A stretch of DNA of 64,000 bases from Macrostomum hystrix (GCA_950097015.1 CATNEN010000015.1:1178001-1242000); one strand, 5' to 3'; counted from the first letter of the stretch, positions 24,488 to 37,760 are shown. A program made the numbers and translations. The notes: a model not told the origin generated them from the letters alone.

Positions 24488-26895
24488 TCACAGCTCCAGC
24501 AGAAGACTCACTGAGCGAAGAGTCAACACCTGGCGGAAGTTGTTGTACCATACCATGTTTGGTGTCTTTCTTTGGGGGAAGAGTCCGTTAGGATTGAGAT
24601 TGAAGTAATTGCAATCGTTGAACCACCACCCACCTGCCTGAAAAACATTCGGGCACGATATGTTGGCTCTGTCATTGTCCATGGTGGAGAAGCCTCCTCC
24701 TTTGCTCCTCTTCATAGCATCAAATCCGACACTGGACCTGTTCGTCAGCATCTCTCGGTACGTCATCTCATATTTGTTGCTGGCATCTCCAACCTGGAAC
24801 CCAGCATACTCAGCATGCAGCTCAGTCCCATCCCACAGCTTCATCTCCACTCTGAGTGTGGCACCGCCTGTGCTCAGCGAGTGGATGGCGGAGAGACCTG
24901 CGGGGTCGGACAGATGTGAATGGCCAGATTCAGCTGAAAATCTATAAATTGATTTGCTGTGAAACTGTTTGCAGGTAATAAATAATATATCGAGCTAAAA
25001 TATAATTTGAATTGTGAAAACTCTAGCCTTAAATGAAAGGCAACTGCGAGAAATTCACTATTTTATTTACTTACGCGCGCTTAGCTCATCAAGCCCTACA
25101 CTTCTCGCATCGTTTATTTATTGACAATTCTTTCAAGATGTTAACAAAAGTCAGACTTTTTTACCGTCTCAGCAGTCTAACTTGCATCACCCTCACATTA
25201 GATCCGCAATTCCCAATATTCTTAAGCCTCCAACTCCCAACACCCGGCATCTCTCGTTCAGTCCTTGAAGGCTAACGAGACTAAAATCAGCTGTCTGACC
25301 TGTCCAGAAGTCGGAGTTGTCGCCGAAGCCAGTCTCGTACTCAGTCCAGTTGCGCTGGAAGCTCACAGTCCCAGTGAGTCGCTGCTGAATCTTTACGAAG
25401 CATCTGCCGTCACGCCTGACTAGAAGCGCTTCAGTTTCAGAGATCGGACCACAGTTAGTAGTGCAGCACAGCTTGAGGCACTGCTTGAGACTTGAGCAGC
25501 TCACTGCTCTCGTGGATGGCTTCATTCGCCAGGGCAATAATTCGACACTCGATTCAACGCTGCAGTTGTCGGGTAAGAGAAAAGTCGCTCGCCATTTCGT
25601 GTGACGCCAGAAATCGGCTGGCTCCGACTCCAGCGATGATCTGAAACCAGAGGAAAGCTTACTGGCTTTAACGTAAAATAATTAAGTTACTAGCGTTTGA
25701 CATTGCTATTTGAGCTTAACAAAAGAAGTCTTAGAAAGTTCCAGTACCTCAACCCGCGGCATTGTTCCAAAGTTTGGCAATGCACAAGCAGCTGTGCAGT
25801 CTTCCAGTCTGCCGACACCATCAGTGAACCAATTAAGAAGCGAGAACTCAAGACCGAGCTCACAATGCTCTGAGCACTCCACAGTTTCATGAAGGTGACC
25901 GAGCGAGGAAACAGATCAGCCAGCTGAGACTTCACTGCTTCCAGTGTGGCCTCATCTTGCAGTACTACATCCAGCTTGAGGTAGTACATGCTACGGCTGT
26001 AGTCATACATGACTGACTCGCTGCTCAAGCTGCTGATGTTGTGGCAGAGCAGAGGCTCGATGACTAGGTAGCCCTTTTTGTCGAGTCTCTGATGCACTCG
26101 AGCAGTGCAGTTCCCGAGATTGATCGAGCGAACGAAACGCAGTGGACGACACGAGGAAATGTTGTACCGGCGTCTGTACAGTTCTGGCTCAAAGAAGATG
26201 TCATTCTTTTGCAACACATTATAGCTGAAACTGTGGCAGTCTCCGTTCGCCACAATGGATGCTGAGAGCCGCACTCGAGATAAAGCAAGTCGTGGATTTG
26301 AGCTGATGTTTGAGCTGAAGACCACATGTGGCTCGATTGATTGCAGAAATCGCATTGACGAAAATCCCTGCAGCCACGTGTCATAGGAGGCTCTGTAGGC
26401 ACTGCTGTCGCTGCCAGGGCGTTCTTTGAATCCGAGTCTCAGAGTTGCGATGGGTTCGTCAGGACTCCACAAGAGTCCAACACCAACTATTGATGAGTTG
26501 GGGTCAAACGAGAGGCTAATGTCTCTGACTGCCGCAAAACTCACAGACCTCGGTGACAGATGCCTGAGCTGACGTTGAACCTCTTCAAGCATGTTGGCAT
26601 CCCTCAGGACAACAGGCACACTCACGTACAGCTGTTGAGTGACTGGGTCGAGTCTCAGAAGCAATCTTTCAAGCCTGTCCGTCACGCACATGACCGGCTC
26701 GACTGCCAAGTGAGGACCGTCGCTCGCTCCCGTGTCGTGCACGAACAGCGCGCAGCCGTTCACATTGAGCTGGGCGACGAAGCGGAGCTTCGGTGAGCCT
26801 GTGGCTGCGCACTGTGAGACCTGGCCAGCTGCCAGCGAGCAGAGCAGCAGAGCCAGCGCTGCAGTTTCCACAACTTGCACACTGAAGGATTTCAT
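24488..26895 (-). CDS. Secreted fibrinogen-related (FReD) protein with a duplicated unknown N-terminal domain. Exons 26895-25748, 25640-25300, 24897-24488 (632 aa)
   Basis: Signal-peptide-like MKSFSVQVVETAALALLLCSLAAG; phase-consistent GT-AG introns; FBG motifs IQQRLTGTVSFQRNWTEYETGFG..DFWTG|LSAIHSL...LRVEM...FSTMDND..SC....GGWWFNDCNYFNLN. Confidence 0.85.
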
Positions 26896-27499
26896 TGCAT
26901 TGCACAGAGATTTGGTTTGAAAGCTTTCTATTTAGAGTTATGAGGTTGCAGTTTGTGCAGAGCGTGAGGCAGTCAGGACAATTCGTGTCTGAGCTACTGT
27001 TAAATACTCTCTGCTAGGCATGGGGTGATCGCTGCAGCTAGTGATGCGTTCGCAAGGACTTGGCGGATTGGTTTGTTTTCTAACCCGTGACAAAGTTCCA
27101 TTAAGTGCTCGAGTACTTTCTTCAGTCCTTGTGATTGCATATTGGTAGGCATGGCCAGAATTTAGTAAAAAATCATTAACCTTCAGCCCCACAAGGTAGC
27201 AAAGCAAAGGCAAAGCAAATAGAAGGTGAAAGAGAAAGCGAAAGCGCGAGCAGCGAGGAGGGGAAGGCGATCCGAACTCCGAAAAGAGGAGGGAGAAAGG
27301 GAAATAAGAGAGGTCGAAAAAGGCACTGCAGAAGGCACAGAAAGGCAGAGTCAGACCGCCAGTCGTCGAGGCAGCGGATGCCGTCCCCGGAGAGGCCGCT
27401 CTGGATGGCAGCGCTGGCTTCTCCTCTGCGCAGAATGTGCGTACAATGAACCGTTTATTGTAAGCGCTTTATATTAGGTAATATAGAGGCAAATATTGT

Positions 27500-28690
27500 T
27501 ATATTTATTATCACTATTCTTGATTTATGAAAAATAACTTTTTTTCGAGTGCAGCGGCGTTTTTCGATACAAAACTAAGAAATTTATTTTCGATCATATA
27601 GCTGCCAGCGTTACTAAATTTAGAAATCAAAGAAATTATTTTGAGCAATAGGTCTTAGCGTCGTTCATATTAAATTTCAACGTTTTTTCAAACATTGTCG
27701 CAAGCATTATTCAATTGGATTCAAAACTAAATGATTTTCATCATTTAGTAAACTAAATAACATTTCATATTCATTTAGAAAACTAAATGATGATAATGCA
27801 CTTTCTGTTTTCACCAGAAAGTGCCGATTCATCTAAGGATTAGACTGATCAATTTTCATTATTCAATGTTCGTTATTCGATGCGAAATGAGATAAAATGA
27901 GATATGAGATATTATGATATATTGCCACGTAGCATTGGAAAACACCTGTAAAATCATGCTACTGCATTGAAAAAATCACAACTTGTAGCATGATTAATGA
28001 AAAGCGTAGCATAAAATTATTTACGGGCTAAGTTTTCGAGGAAACAGCTAGCTATTATCAGTAAGAGAAGTATATTTATCGAGGGTTATGTATCATTATT
28101 GGTAAGTACCTGGTTTCCATTTCATTTTTTGATAAGCTCTTTTTGAGTAAGAGTGTTAATACAGTAAGAAAAACTGTTTTTCAAGTGTCTCAGCAAGCGT
28201 TGTTCAGTATAAAACAAAGGAAAGATTATTCGAGCATAGCTGCAAGAGTAATCCAGATTTAGAACTATGAGATAATGTTTGAAGCATAGCTATAAGCGTT
28301 ATTCTTTTTAAATTGTTAAGTTTTCAGCACGGCTGTTATCACTATTCTTCGAGTAATTAACGCTAGAGAAAACTTTTTGTTGATTGCTTCGATCGTTACT
28401 ATATTCAAAAGTAAAAAAATTGAGAATGACTAACGGCCTTATTTTTTTCTTCAAATTTTCATGTTTCTTTCAAATATAGCTCTAGCACTATTCGAATTGA
28501 CGCTAATGAAAAGTTTTTCTAGCATTTCGGCAATCGTTATTATGTAAAAAAAATAAATAGTTTCAAGGGTACCAAACAGCCGTATTATTTTTAATTAAGC
28601 GTTTTTTGAGCATAGCAGCTAGCATTATTTGCTCGATATTTTGAGAGCAGAAGATTCAACAAAAAAATCATGAAAGTAGATAATATAGCT
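27500..28690. repeat. Degenerate AT-rich tandem block (recurrent TTCGAGCA(TAGC) motif); related blocks at ~34080-34720 and ~36430-36920
   Basis: The motif recurs by eye; the period is not cleanly resolvable. Confidence 0.5.
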
Positions 28691-28772
28691 CAATAAAGTT
28701 ATATCAATGGATAGCATCTGCTATAGGTGAATGGCATAAGGTTTATAAAGAAAAGCATTATACTTCCAGGAG

Positions 28773-28950
28773 AAAGCATGAGATTTTCAGGGAATAGCAT
28801 GAGATTTTCAGGGAATAGCATGAGATTTTCAGGGAATAGCATGAGATTTTCAGGGAATAGCATGAGATTTTCAGGGAATAGCATGAGATTTTCAGGGAAT
28901 AGCATGAGATTTTCAGGGAATAGCATGAGATTTTCAGGGAATAGCATGAG
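28773..28950. repeat. 21-bp homogeneous array (AGCATGAGATTTTCAGGGAAT) within degenerate AGCATGAATTATCGAGGG-type satellite
   Basis: Period 21, flanked by decayed monomers of the same family. Confidence 0.92.
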
Positions 28951-30036
28951 ATTTGCGGGGAAAGGTATTAAGTTAATGACATAATATTTATGTAGAAAAT
29001 AATTTGATTTCCAGGAAACAGCATGAGATACCCGGGTGTAGTATGAGATTTTCAGGGGATAACATGATATTTCCGGTGCATAGCATTAGGATTCAATGTG
29101 GGAGCATGAATTATCCAGGGAAGCATGAAATAACGAGGGAAAAGTATGAATTATCGACGGAAAAGCATGACTTTTCAAAGTGACAGTGTACCAGGGCTTA
29201 CTTCTTTTTACTTAATTTTACTGAATGCCACCAAAGTTGTACAGGTGGAAATTAATATTTCTACTACAGTTGACTCACATTAACTGGTGGACCTTAAAAG
29301 GGCCGTTTATATATGCACGAGCGGTAATTAGGCAACTGTATACTTTTCCAGCCGATTAGGCGTCCCCGAGATTAGAGTTTAGCAGTTCCCTTCGATAATA
29401 TTCTTAGTATAACTTCTGAGTATAATTCTACTTATACTTCTCACTGCTATCTTCCTTTAAAATGAATAACACAATGCAAAGCTGTCGGAAATTTATCTTT
29501 TAAACACACTTAAAACTATATTTACAAACACCTCTTGAAAAACTACTTCAACTTTTAAACTCTTTAAACACTCTCCTGAAACACTTTAATACTCTTGTAC
29601 AAAGGCTTTCAGCTTTAACTCAACTCAACAATTTCAACTTCAACTCTAAAAACACACTTCGAAACACTCTTACAAACTCACTGAAACACTTCGAACACTT
29701 TCGAACTCTCTCGGACTCACTCACAGGTTATTTTTCCAGACCAAAAGTGCGGCTATTTATAGTGAGAAAAATTAACTTTTGTTTAAACGGGAGCATTTTA
29801 CATAATATTATTTATAATATGCGATTTAAAACAAAATTATTTACATACAGTATTACTTTTGATACGGTACAAAGATAAACAAATTATTATTTTTTTTGGC
29901 GCATTTTTAATTTTATTTATTTTTTTATAATTTTTATAATAGAATAACGTATATACAAGAGGCTAACTATTACAACTTTCCCTCTCTAAACAAAGAAATT
30001 TGAACGAAAAACAGAAAAAGAGTGAAAATTTCTTTT

Positions 30037-30705
30037 CTAAAAAGTACAGTTGTTCGGCAAGTCTTTAAAGTAGGGGAAATTTACTTGATTGAACAACCAG
30101 CGAAACTCGATATTCACCAATTGTCGTTGAAAAGTCCTCGAGTCGGCTTGCCGCAGGCGCTGTAGTTCTCGTCCGATTGCGGCGTAGAGGATTACAACCT
30201 CCGGCTGTGCCATCAGCTCTTTTAGCGCCCTTACCGCCGCCCATACTTGTGCTCGTTGGGGCAAGGCCTCGTCCAGCCTTAGGTAGGCTACTCTTGTTAA
30301 GTAGCGCAGAATGGCGAAGCGGAGCCGTTCGGCATGCTCCCCGTACTTCACCATCAATTCTTGATATGTCAGTTCGGTTGATGGCGGTGGCGGAGGCGGC
30401 GGCAGTGCTTCGGCAGCGGGTTGACCATGCTTAGCCGCCGGCGCAATGACGATTTGGCACGTGCTTCTGGTACCCGGCGTATTCTTAGCGTGCCTCTCGA
30501 CTGGTGATACCGCCTGGGCCGCCATTACGTCTGCTCTCCTCTTGTGGGGGTCCAGCTGTCGCACCTTAGTTGGCGAAGAAGTTCGCGGCCGCTTTCCTGC
30601 TACCGGTTGAGGCCTCGTCGGTTGTCGCTCTGGTGCTGATATTTCGGCGTCAAGATCCACTTCAGGTTCTAGAGATCGCAGTAATTCGTCCAGCTCGTTG
30701 TCCAT
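30037..30705 (-). CDS. Orphan ORF (222 aa from ATG 30705) carried by the non-autonomous LTR element
   Basis: Uninterrupted GC-rich ORF in AT-rich surroundings: Pro/basic N-half and helical C-half (ELTYQELMVKYGEHAERLRFAILRYL...). TATA and CCAAT motifs lie upstream. Confidence 0.7.
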   Translation of the reverse strand: MDNELDELLRSLEPEVDLDAEISAPERQPTRPQPVAGKRPRTSSPTKVRQLDPHKRRADVMAAQAVSPVERHAKNTPGTRSTCQIVIAPAAKHGQPAAEALPPPPPPPSTELTYQELMVKYGEHAERLRFAILRYLTRVAYLRLDEALPQRAQVWAAVRALKELMAQPEVVILYAAIGRELQRLRQADSRTFQRQLVNIEFRWLFNQVNFPYFKDLPNNCTF

Positions 30706-30768
30706 TTCTCTGCGCAAATTAGCTTTCCTTCTCAAAATTGTTGCTCCTAGATGCTGACCCTCCCTTCA

Positions 30769-30846
30769 TTATATAGGCTTTGGGGGTTGGCTAAAAACGA
30801 AATAATCATGGATACTGTTGTCAAGTCCTAACTCGCTTGCTATTGG
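30769..30846 (-). promoter_or_regulatory. Candidate internal Pol II promoter (CCAAT 30846-30842, TATATAA 30775-30769)
   Basis: Both motifs are on the minus strand, with the TATA ~64 nt upstream of ATG 30705. Confidence 0.5.
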
Positions 30847-31111
30847 CTGGCGCGGGAGGTGGGGTTAGGCAGACTCACGGCTGTGTGGCGTGGGCCGGGA
30901 GAAAAGTGGCTGAACATAGTTTGAGCATAGTGAGCATAGCAAAATTTTCCTTTCTTTATAAAACCTTTAAATTTCAATTTTAATCTTCAAGCAAAATGTT
31001 TTTGGAAAGCTGGCATCAAAACGAATACATTGGTTTTTAAATTTTTCAAATATCATATGCCGTTCTCATTTTATTGACTGGCGGCACTAAAAAGGGCCGT
31101 TTAACTATTTT

Positions 31112-31507
31112 CTACTGTCCATTATTCATTCTCTCGTAGTTAATCGCATTGTTACGTGGTCTAAGATTATATCTTGCTTCAGGAACTTGGTCCTCTTCAT
31201 ACTGCTCAGCTTCTTGTTCGATTGGTTCATCTTCTTCAGCTTCTTCTTGAATTTCTTCCTCAATTTCTTCTTCTATTACACTCTCAATTTCTTCTTCTTC
31301 AGATTCTTCAATGTCTTCAGGCTCTCTTATTCTCCACTGTAATCTTCTTTCATCTTCTTCTTCTTCTTCTTTTTCTTCTTCTTCTATCACAATTTCTTCT
31401 GTTCTCTTCTTCTCCTTGACTTTTGTCTTCTGCTTACTAATCTTCCCTCTCTTAATTTTTGGCTCTGTCTTTTCTTTTCTTTTAACTCTCGGATGTCTTC
31501 TTTCCAA
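31112..31507 (-). pseudogene. Remnant of a Gypsy Pol C-terminal tail (K/E-rich, ending ARYNLRPR)
   Basis: YNLRPR-like motifs commonly end Ty3/Gypsy polyproteins; the same motif ends pol of the 45828-57809 element. No ATG start. Confidence 0.55.
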
Positions 31508-32124
31508 ACTATCAGGTCCTTATAAAGGGGGAACTCTGTTGAACTATTGTCATCCGTTCCTACTTTTCAAGCGGACTAGAGATAGTCGGTCAGAATTTTC
31601 CGATACATGGCCTTATCACTGGCACATTTTCCTCACTTTTCCTCTCGAGGGCTCAACTTCTTTTCATACTTATCAGTCAGGGAAGTCTGGCAGCTCTAAT
31701 GCACAAGGCTGAGGCCGCATTAAGACTACTGTTTCTGATATTTTTCTCTTCAAACACTCACTGACTTCACTTCTTTTTCCTGAAACTGGCTTCACTTCTT
31801 TTCTGGAAACATTAACTTTGATCTCCTTTCTTCTGAAGCAATCAGCTGGCATTGATTCGGATTAGTTACAGAAGTCTGATATCTCCTTTCTTTGTTTATC
31901 CTTAATTTTACTTTGCTTGTTATTTATGTGAGTAGGCATAATCGTTTATCTGACTGCGGTTACGTGTTTTTTTTTTAGCATAATAATTGCATTTTAACTT
32001 TTTATATTTTTATTGCTTTTGTTTCTTTTCTTTATGGTATGTTTACACAGTTTATATACACAAAGCATTTCTATACACTATTTACAAATTCAGCTTCATC
32101 CTTCACAGTTCCTGTCAGACACCT

Positions 32125-32409
32125 TTATTTATTCTCAGAGCGTTTCAGGACAACTCTGCACACATGGTAACCTGGTCTTTTGTCCTCTTGTTCTCTGCTG
32201 ATTCTGCTTTTTATTTCTGTTGATGTTCCGGGTGTACCACATTGATAGCACCTGTTGAACATGTGGAAATTGTCCTTCGTTATGGTCTCATGATTCCTTT
32301 TTCCTCTTCCAGCTGATCTATTCTCAGTTGTCTGTTGTTTTCCAAACAATGAGGGATGAGCTGGCTGCTGGTTCATCAGCACTGCCATAATCAACATTAT
32401 AATCGACAT
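32125..32409 (-). pseudogene. Gag-like remnant with broken zinc knuckle (RCYQCGTPG)
   Basis: First ATG after the PBS; contains half of a CCHC knuckle. Confidence 0.4.
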
Positions 32410-35400
32410 CTTAACTGCTTTTCACTCTGTTTTTAATCGCTGCTTCTCTAATCCTTTCCGCTGCCACCAAAGTTGTACCACATTGGAAATTAATATTTCT
32501 ACTACAGTTGACTCACATTAACTGGTGGACCTTAAAAGGGCCGTTTTAACTTCTTAATTGGTAGCGTTTATATATGCACGAGCGGTAATTAGGCAACTGT
32601 ATACTTTTCCAGCCGATTAGGCGTCCCCGAGATTAGAGTTTAGCAGTTCCCTTCGATAATATTCTTAGTATAACTTCTGAGTATAATTCTACTTATACTT
32701 CTCACTGCTATCTTCCTTTAAAATGAATAACACAATGCAAAGCTGTCGGAAATTTATCTTTTAAACACACTTAAAACTATATTTACAAACACCTCTTGAA
32801 AAACTACTTCAACTTTTAAACTCTTTAAACACTCTCCTGAAACACTTTAATACTCTTGTACAAAGGCTTTCAGCTTTAACTCAACTCAACAATTTCAACT
32901 TCAACTCTAAAAACACACTTCGAAACACTCTTACAAACTCACTGAAACACTTCGAACACTTTCGAACTCTCTCGGACTCACTCACAGGTTATTTTTCCAG
33001 ACCAAAAGTGCGGCTATTTATAGTGAGAAAAATTAACTTTTGTTTAAACGGGAGCATTTTACATAATATTATTTATAATATGCGATTTAAAACAAAATTA
33101 TTTACATACAGTATTACTTTTGATACGGTACAAAGATAAACAAATTATTATTTTTTTTGGCGCATTTTTAATTTTATTTATTTTTTTATAATTTTTATAA
33201 TAGAATAACGTATATACAAGAGGCTAACTATTACAACAGCATGGATTATCAATGGAGTAGCACAAATTATCGATGGAGTAGCATGAATAATCAATGGGGT
33301 TGCATAATTTTTCAAGGGAAAAGCATGCATTTTCATGTGGGAAGCATCAATTATCGAGGGGGTAATATTAATTATTGATTGGTATAATAAATAATTGAGG
33401 TTAGGTATAAATTATCGAGATGAAAACATGAATTAACGGAAGGAAAACTATGAATTATACAGGGGAAGCATGATTTAGCGAGGGCAAAGCATGACTTATC
33501 GATAGGAAGTATGAATTATCAACAAAATTGTATGATTTGTAGAGAGGGTAGAATAAACATGGAGGTTGGTAGCATTTATTAACGAGGGGAAGTATGAATT
33601 AACATTTGAATTATCAACGGGGTAGCCTGAATTATCGTAGGTAAAGCATATATAAAGTTGGTAGCATAAATTTTTGAGCGGATAGCAAGATTTGTCCAGG
33701 GATAGCATGATATAACAAAGTGGTAGCATGAATTATTGAGGAGAAAGCATACCGGTCGATTATCAAAGAGAAAGCATGAAATATCGACGATGTGTCATGC
33801 ATTTTTGAAGAAAAACCATTATTATCAATTGGGTAGCTTGAATTATCTAGGGAAAAGCGTTAAATATCGAGGAGCTAGCATGAATTTTTAGGGGAAGCTG
33901 AATTATCGAGGGGAGTCATGCATTTTTTTAGGGGAAAGCATGAATTATTAATGAAAAATTATGAATTATGGAGGTGGAAACATAATTTATCAAGGGCGTG
34001 GAATGATTTATTCACTGGCTTGCACAAATTGGTTTATTGAGGGGCAGCATTATATATTGAGTAATGTTCTATCATCAACAGTTAAAAACTTAAGTACTGT
34101 TCGTGTAAGCTTTTATTTTTGGATTTTCGGCTTTTTGGGTACAGCTAACTATTAATAGTAAGAGCTATTGATTAGCTACTGTCAAAGCAAATATTTTTGT
34201 TTAATTGCTCTTCTCGCTCTGAGAAAATAATAATCTTTTTTAGCGCAGCAGCAAGTTTTTTTGATACAAAATTTTCGAGCATTTCTGTCAGCGTTTTTAG
34301 ATTCGGAAATATAAGAAAGGACTTTGAGCAAAGCTATTAGCGTAGATCATTTTAAATTTTAACCCCTTTTCAAGCATTCTTACAAGCAGTATTCAATAGG
34401 ATTAAAAACTATTAAAGATAAAATGTTATACTCGTATTCCAAACTAACAACAATTTTCCAGCATATCTGCAAGCGTAATCTGATTCAGAACTAGAAAACA
34501 TATGTTGAGCATAGCTAAAAGCGATATTATTTTTTATACTTTTTTCGATCATTTCGAGCGGTATCGATTCAAAAGCTAATGAGGACTGTTTGAGCATATG
34601 TAGCTGTTTAGCATTCTTTTATTTTCAAATCTAAAGAAAATTGTTTCGAGCATTGCTGTAATCTTTATTAGAAAACTAGGAGACAATGTTTTAATCCTAG
34701 TTAATAGCACTAATCTAAAAAAACTTTGCGTTTTTTCGTGCAGGGAAGCATTTATTGTTGTTTTGTGATGAATTTCATGAATTATGGTTGTGAAAACATG
34801 ACTTATTGAGAGTGTAGTGTATGGGGTTTGATTCCCAAAAAAGGGTAGGAGCGAGGCGGTGGATTTCTCTTTTGTTGATTATCAATGAGAGCGTGAGCTC
34901 GAAGTGTTGAAGAAAATGACGTCGATTGTGGCTCTATATTTATAGATGAAAACATGCATTTCCGGAAAATTCTGGAAAAATGCAAGAGTTATAACAAAGC
35001 TGATGCAATATAGTTTAAGTAACTTTAATATTGTAGCGCGAGATGATGTTATTTACATGTATGATATTTGATTATTGTTATTATGTGCTTTACAGATCAT
35101 TTGTTCTTAGAGTGGAAGTTTCTAGAAAAATATCGAAAAGTCAATTTGTAGTTTTACGGCGAATTTTCTGGAATGGCAAGTACGGTACGATGGAAGGTCA
35201 CGATGAGACGCTACAGTAGCATGAATTATCAGGAGGGTTGTCTAAATTATCGAGGGGAAGCATGAATTGTCGAGGGTAGAATACATTATTGAGGGGGTAG
35301 CTTGATTTATCAAAGGGGAATCATGAATTGCCGAGAGGAAGCATGAATTATCTGTGGATAGCATTTATTAACGAGGGGGGAGCATTAATCAATGAGGGGA

Positions 35401-36029
35401 GCATGAATTACCGAGGGGAAAGTATGAGTTGAGGGTTAGGGGGTTAGCATTCTCGATGGCGTAGAATAAATTATTGAGGGGATAGTTTGATTCATCAAGG
35501 GGGTAGCATGAATTATCTGGGGGTCGCATATATTTACGATGGGGAGCCCGACTTATCATGGGGAAAGTATGAGTTGAGGGAGGGCTTTGTCAGGAGATAG
35601 CATGATGTATCAAAGGGGTAGTATGATTTTTCACGGAGATTTTAAGAAAAGATAATCATACTATTGAAGTTGCATATTTTAAGCTTTTCTTCTTCCTAAG
35701 GCTGTAAAGCGTGATTTGCTTTCCCCAATGGGGGTCTTGGTTGCTAGTCAATTATACTAAAAATGAAAAGTGTCTATATATATATTATGTGCACACAACT
35801 ATTTCTGTGTCGGCTTATCAATTGAAACAATGTAAAAAGTGGTCATGTCGTTGTTCTAGCGTACGCGTTGTCCGATTTTCGCAATTCTTTCACTAAAATA
35901 TTCGCTTCTCTTAAGAATAAGTCCTCTTAGGAATAGAGCGCGACACTGTCAGTTTTATTAGATTGCATCGGTGCTTTTTCTCGCCCGCACGTGCGTTTGT
36001 AGCACAGAGGGCCGATTCTCTCAACGGAA

Positions 36030-36130
36030 TATATTTTCTTTTCTTTCTCTTTTCTTTTCTTTCTCTTTTCTTTTCTTTCTCTTTTCTTTTCTTTCTCTTT
36101 TCTTTTCTTTTTCTTTTCTTTCTCTTTTCT
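36030..36130. repeat. (TTTTC/TTTC)n pyrimidine microsatellite
   Basis: Directly visible. Confidence 0.9.
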
Positions 36131-37760
36131 GTGCTAGCAGAACACAGAGGTCCCGATACCGCCAATTGAATAGGATTGCGTCACTGCTTTTAGCACACGT
36201 ACGTGCGTTTACACATGGCGATAGTGATGTTGGTCTCACGGCTGATTGAGTGTTCTGATTTGAATAAGTAAAATGTGCATTAGCAGATTAGTCTTTTATG
36301 ATGCGCAATGCTAACGAGATCTCTCCTTCTGCCTTAAGGAGAGATAAATCCATAAAACTGCAGCATTTATATTGTCAAACCCTGTCTCGACTTTGATCAT
36401 TGTGTTTCTTTCTTTTCATCTAGCTCCGAAGTACTTTTATTATTTTGCAGAATGCTGGTAAAATTTCAGCATCAGTTTTGTTACTGCTTCTTTTTCTTCT
36501 AATCTTCTATCACCAACAGTTAAAAGCAAGTTCCCGTTAATTTTTATTTATCTGGCATTTTTGGGTTCGAGTATAAGTTGCAAGCGTTTTTTATTAACTA
36601 TTTCAAAGCAAATATTTGTTTGCTTTATTATTACTCTTCTTGCTGTTAGAAAGGAATATACGCAGCAAGTGTTCTTCGATACTAAGGCCAAGGAAAGTTT
36701 TTTGAGAATACCTGAAAGCGTTCAGAAGTCAGATTCAGAAGTAGAAGAAAATATGTTTCGAGCAATGCTTCAAGCATTATCCGATTCAACACTAAATGTA
36801 GACTGTTCGAGCACGCGTGTAGCTTTTAGCGTTGTTTTTATCAAAACGAAAGGAAGAAAACTATTCAAGCATGGCTGTAATCGCTAATAGATTCAAAACT
36901 AGAAGAAAATATTTTAGTCGGAGCAAATGGCATTAAATCTTTTTAAATGAGGGTAAAATGTTTCATCCAGGTATTGTCCGAATTTAACTCAGGAGTTACG
37001 AGCGTATTGAGGGTGCAGCATGAATTACTATCAAGGGGTTTCATAAATTATCGACGTAAAGCATGACTTATCGAGGGTGTAGCATGAACTATTGACGGAA
37101 GCATGACTTATCGAGGGTGTAGCATGAAATATTGACGGAAGCATGACTTATCGAGGGTGTAGCATGAAATATTGACGGAAGCATGACTTATCGAAGGTGT
37201 AGCATGAAACATTGACGGAAGCATGACTTATCGAAGGTGTAGCATGAACTATTGACGGAAGCATGACTTATCGAGGGTGTAGCATGAAATATTGACGGAA
37301 GCATGAACTATCGAGGGTGTAGCATGAAATATTGACGGAAGCATGACTTATCGAGGGTGTAGCATGAACTATTGACGGAAGCATGACTTATCGAGGGTGT
37401 AGCATGAAATATTGACGGAAGCATGACTTATCGAGGGTGTAGCATGAAATATTGACGGAAGCATGACTTATCGAAGGTGTAGCATGAAACATTGACGGAA
37501 GCATGACTTATCGAAGGTGTAGCATGAACTATTGACGGAAGCATGACTTATCGAGGGTGTAGCATGAAATATTGACGGAAGCATGAACTATCGAGGGTGT
37601 AGCATGAAATATTGACGGAAGCATGACTTATCGAGGGTGTAGCATGAAATATTGACGGAAGCATGACTTATCGAAGGTGTAGCATGAAATATTGACGGAA
37701 GCATGAACTATCGAGGGTGTAGCATGAAACATTGACGGAAGCATGACTTATCGAGGGTGT

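Larger units (their letters stand above)
29187..33235 (-). mobile_element. Non-autonomous LTR retroelement (4049 bp). LTRs 29187-29974 and 32474-33235, 4-bp TSD ACAG
   Basis: Long direct repeats with TG..CA ends; TSD at 29183-29186 and 33236-33239; PBS TGGTGGCAGCGG after the 5' LTR (complementary to the conserved eukaryotic tRNA-Leu 3' end); PPT AGAGAGGGAAAG before the 3' LTR. No RT or integrase core. Confidence 0.92.

Noticed and set aside
27226-27477. K/R/E-rich 83-aa ORF
   Set aside because: Purine-rich low-complexity sequence, no ATG start, no recognisable domain.
35911-36249. K/R-rich and F/S-rich ORFs
   Set aside because: Translations of the (TTTTC)n microsatellite.
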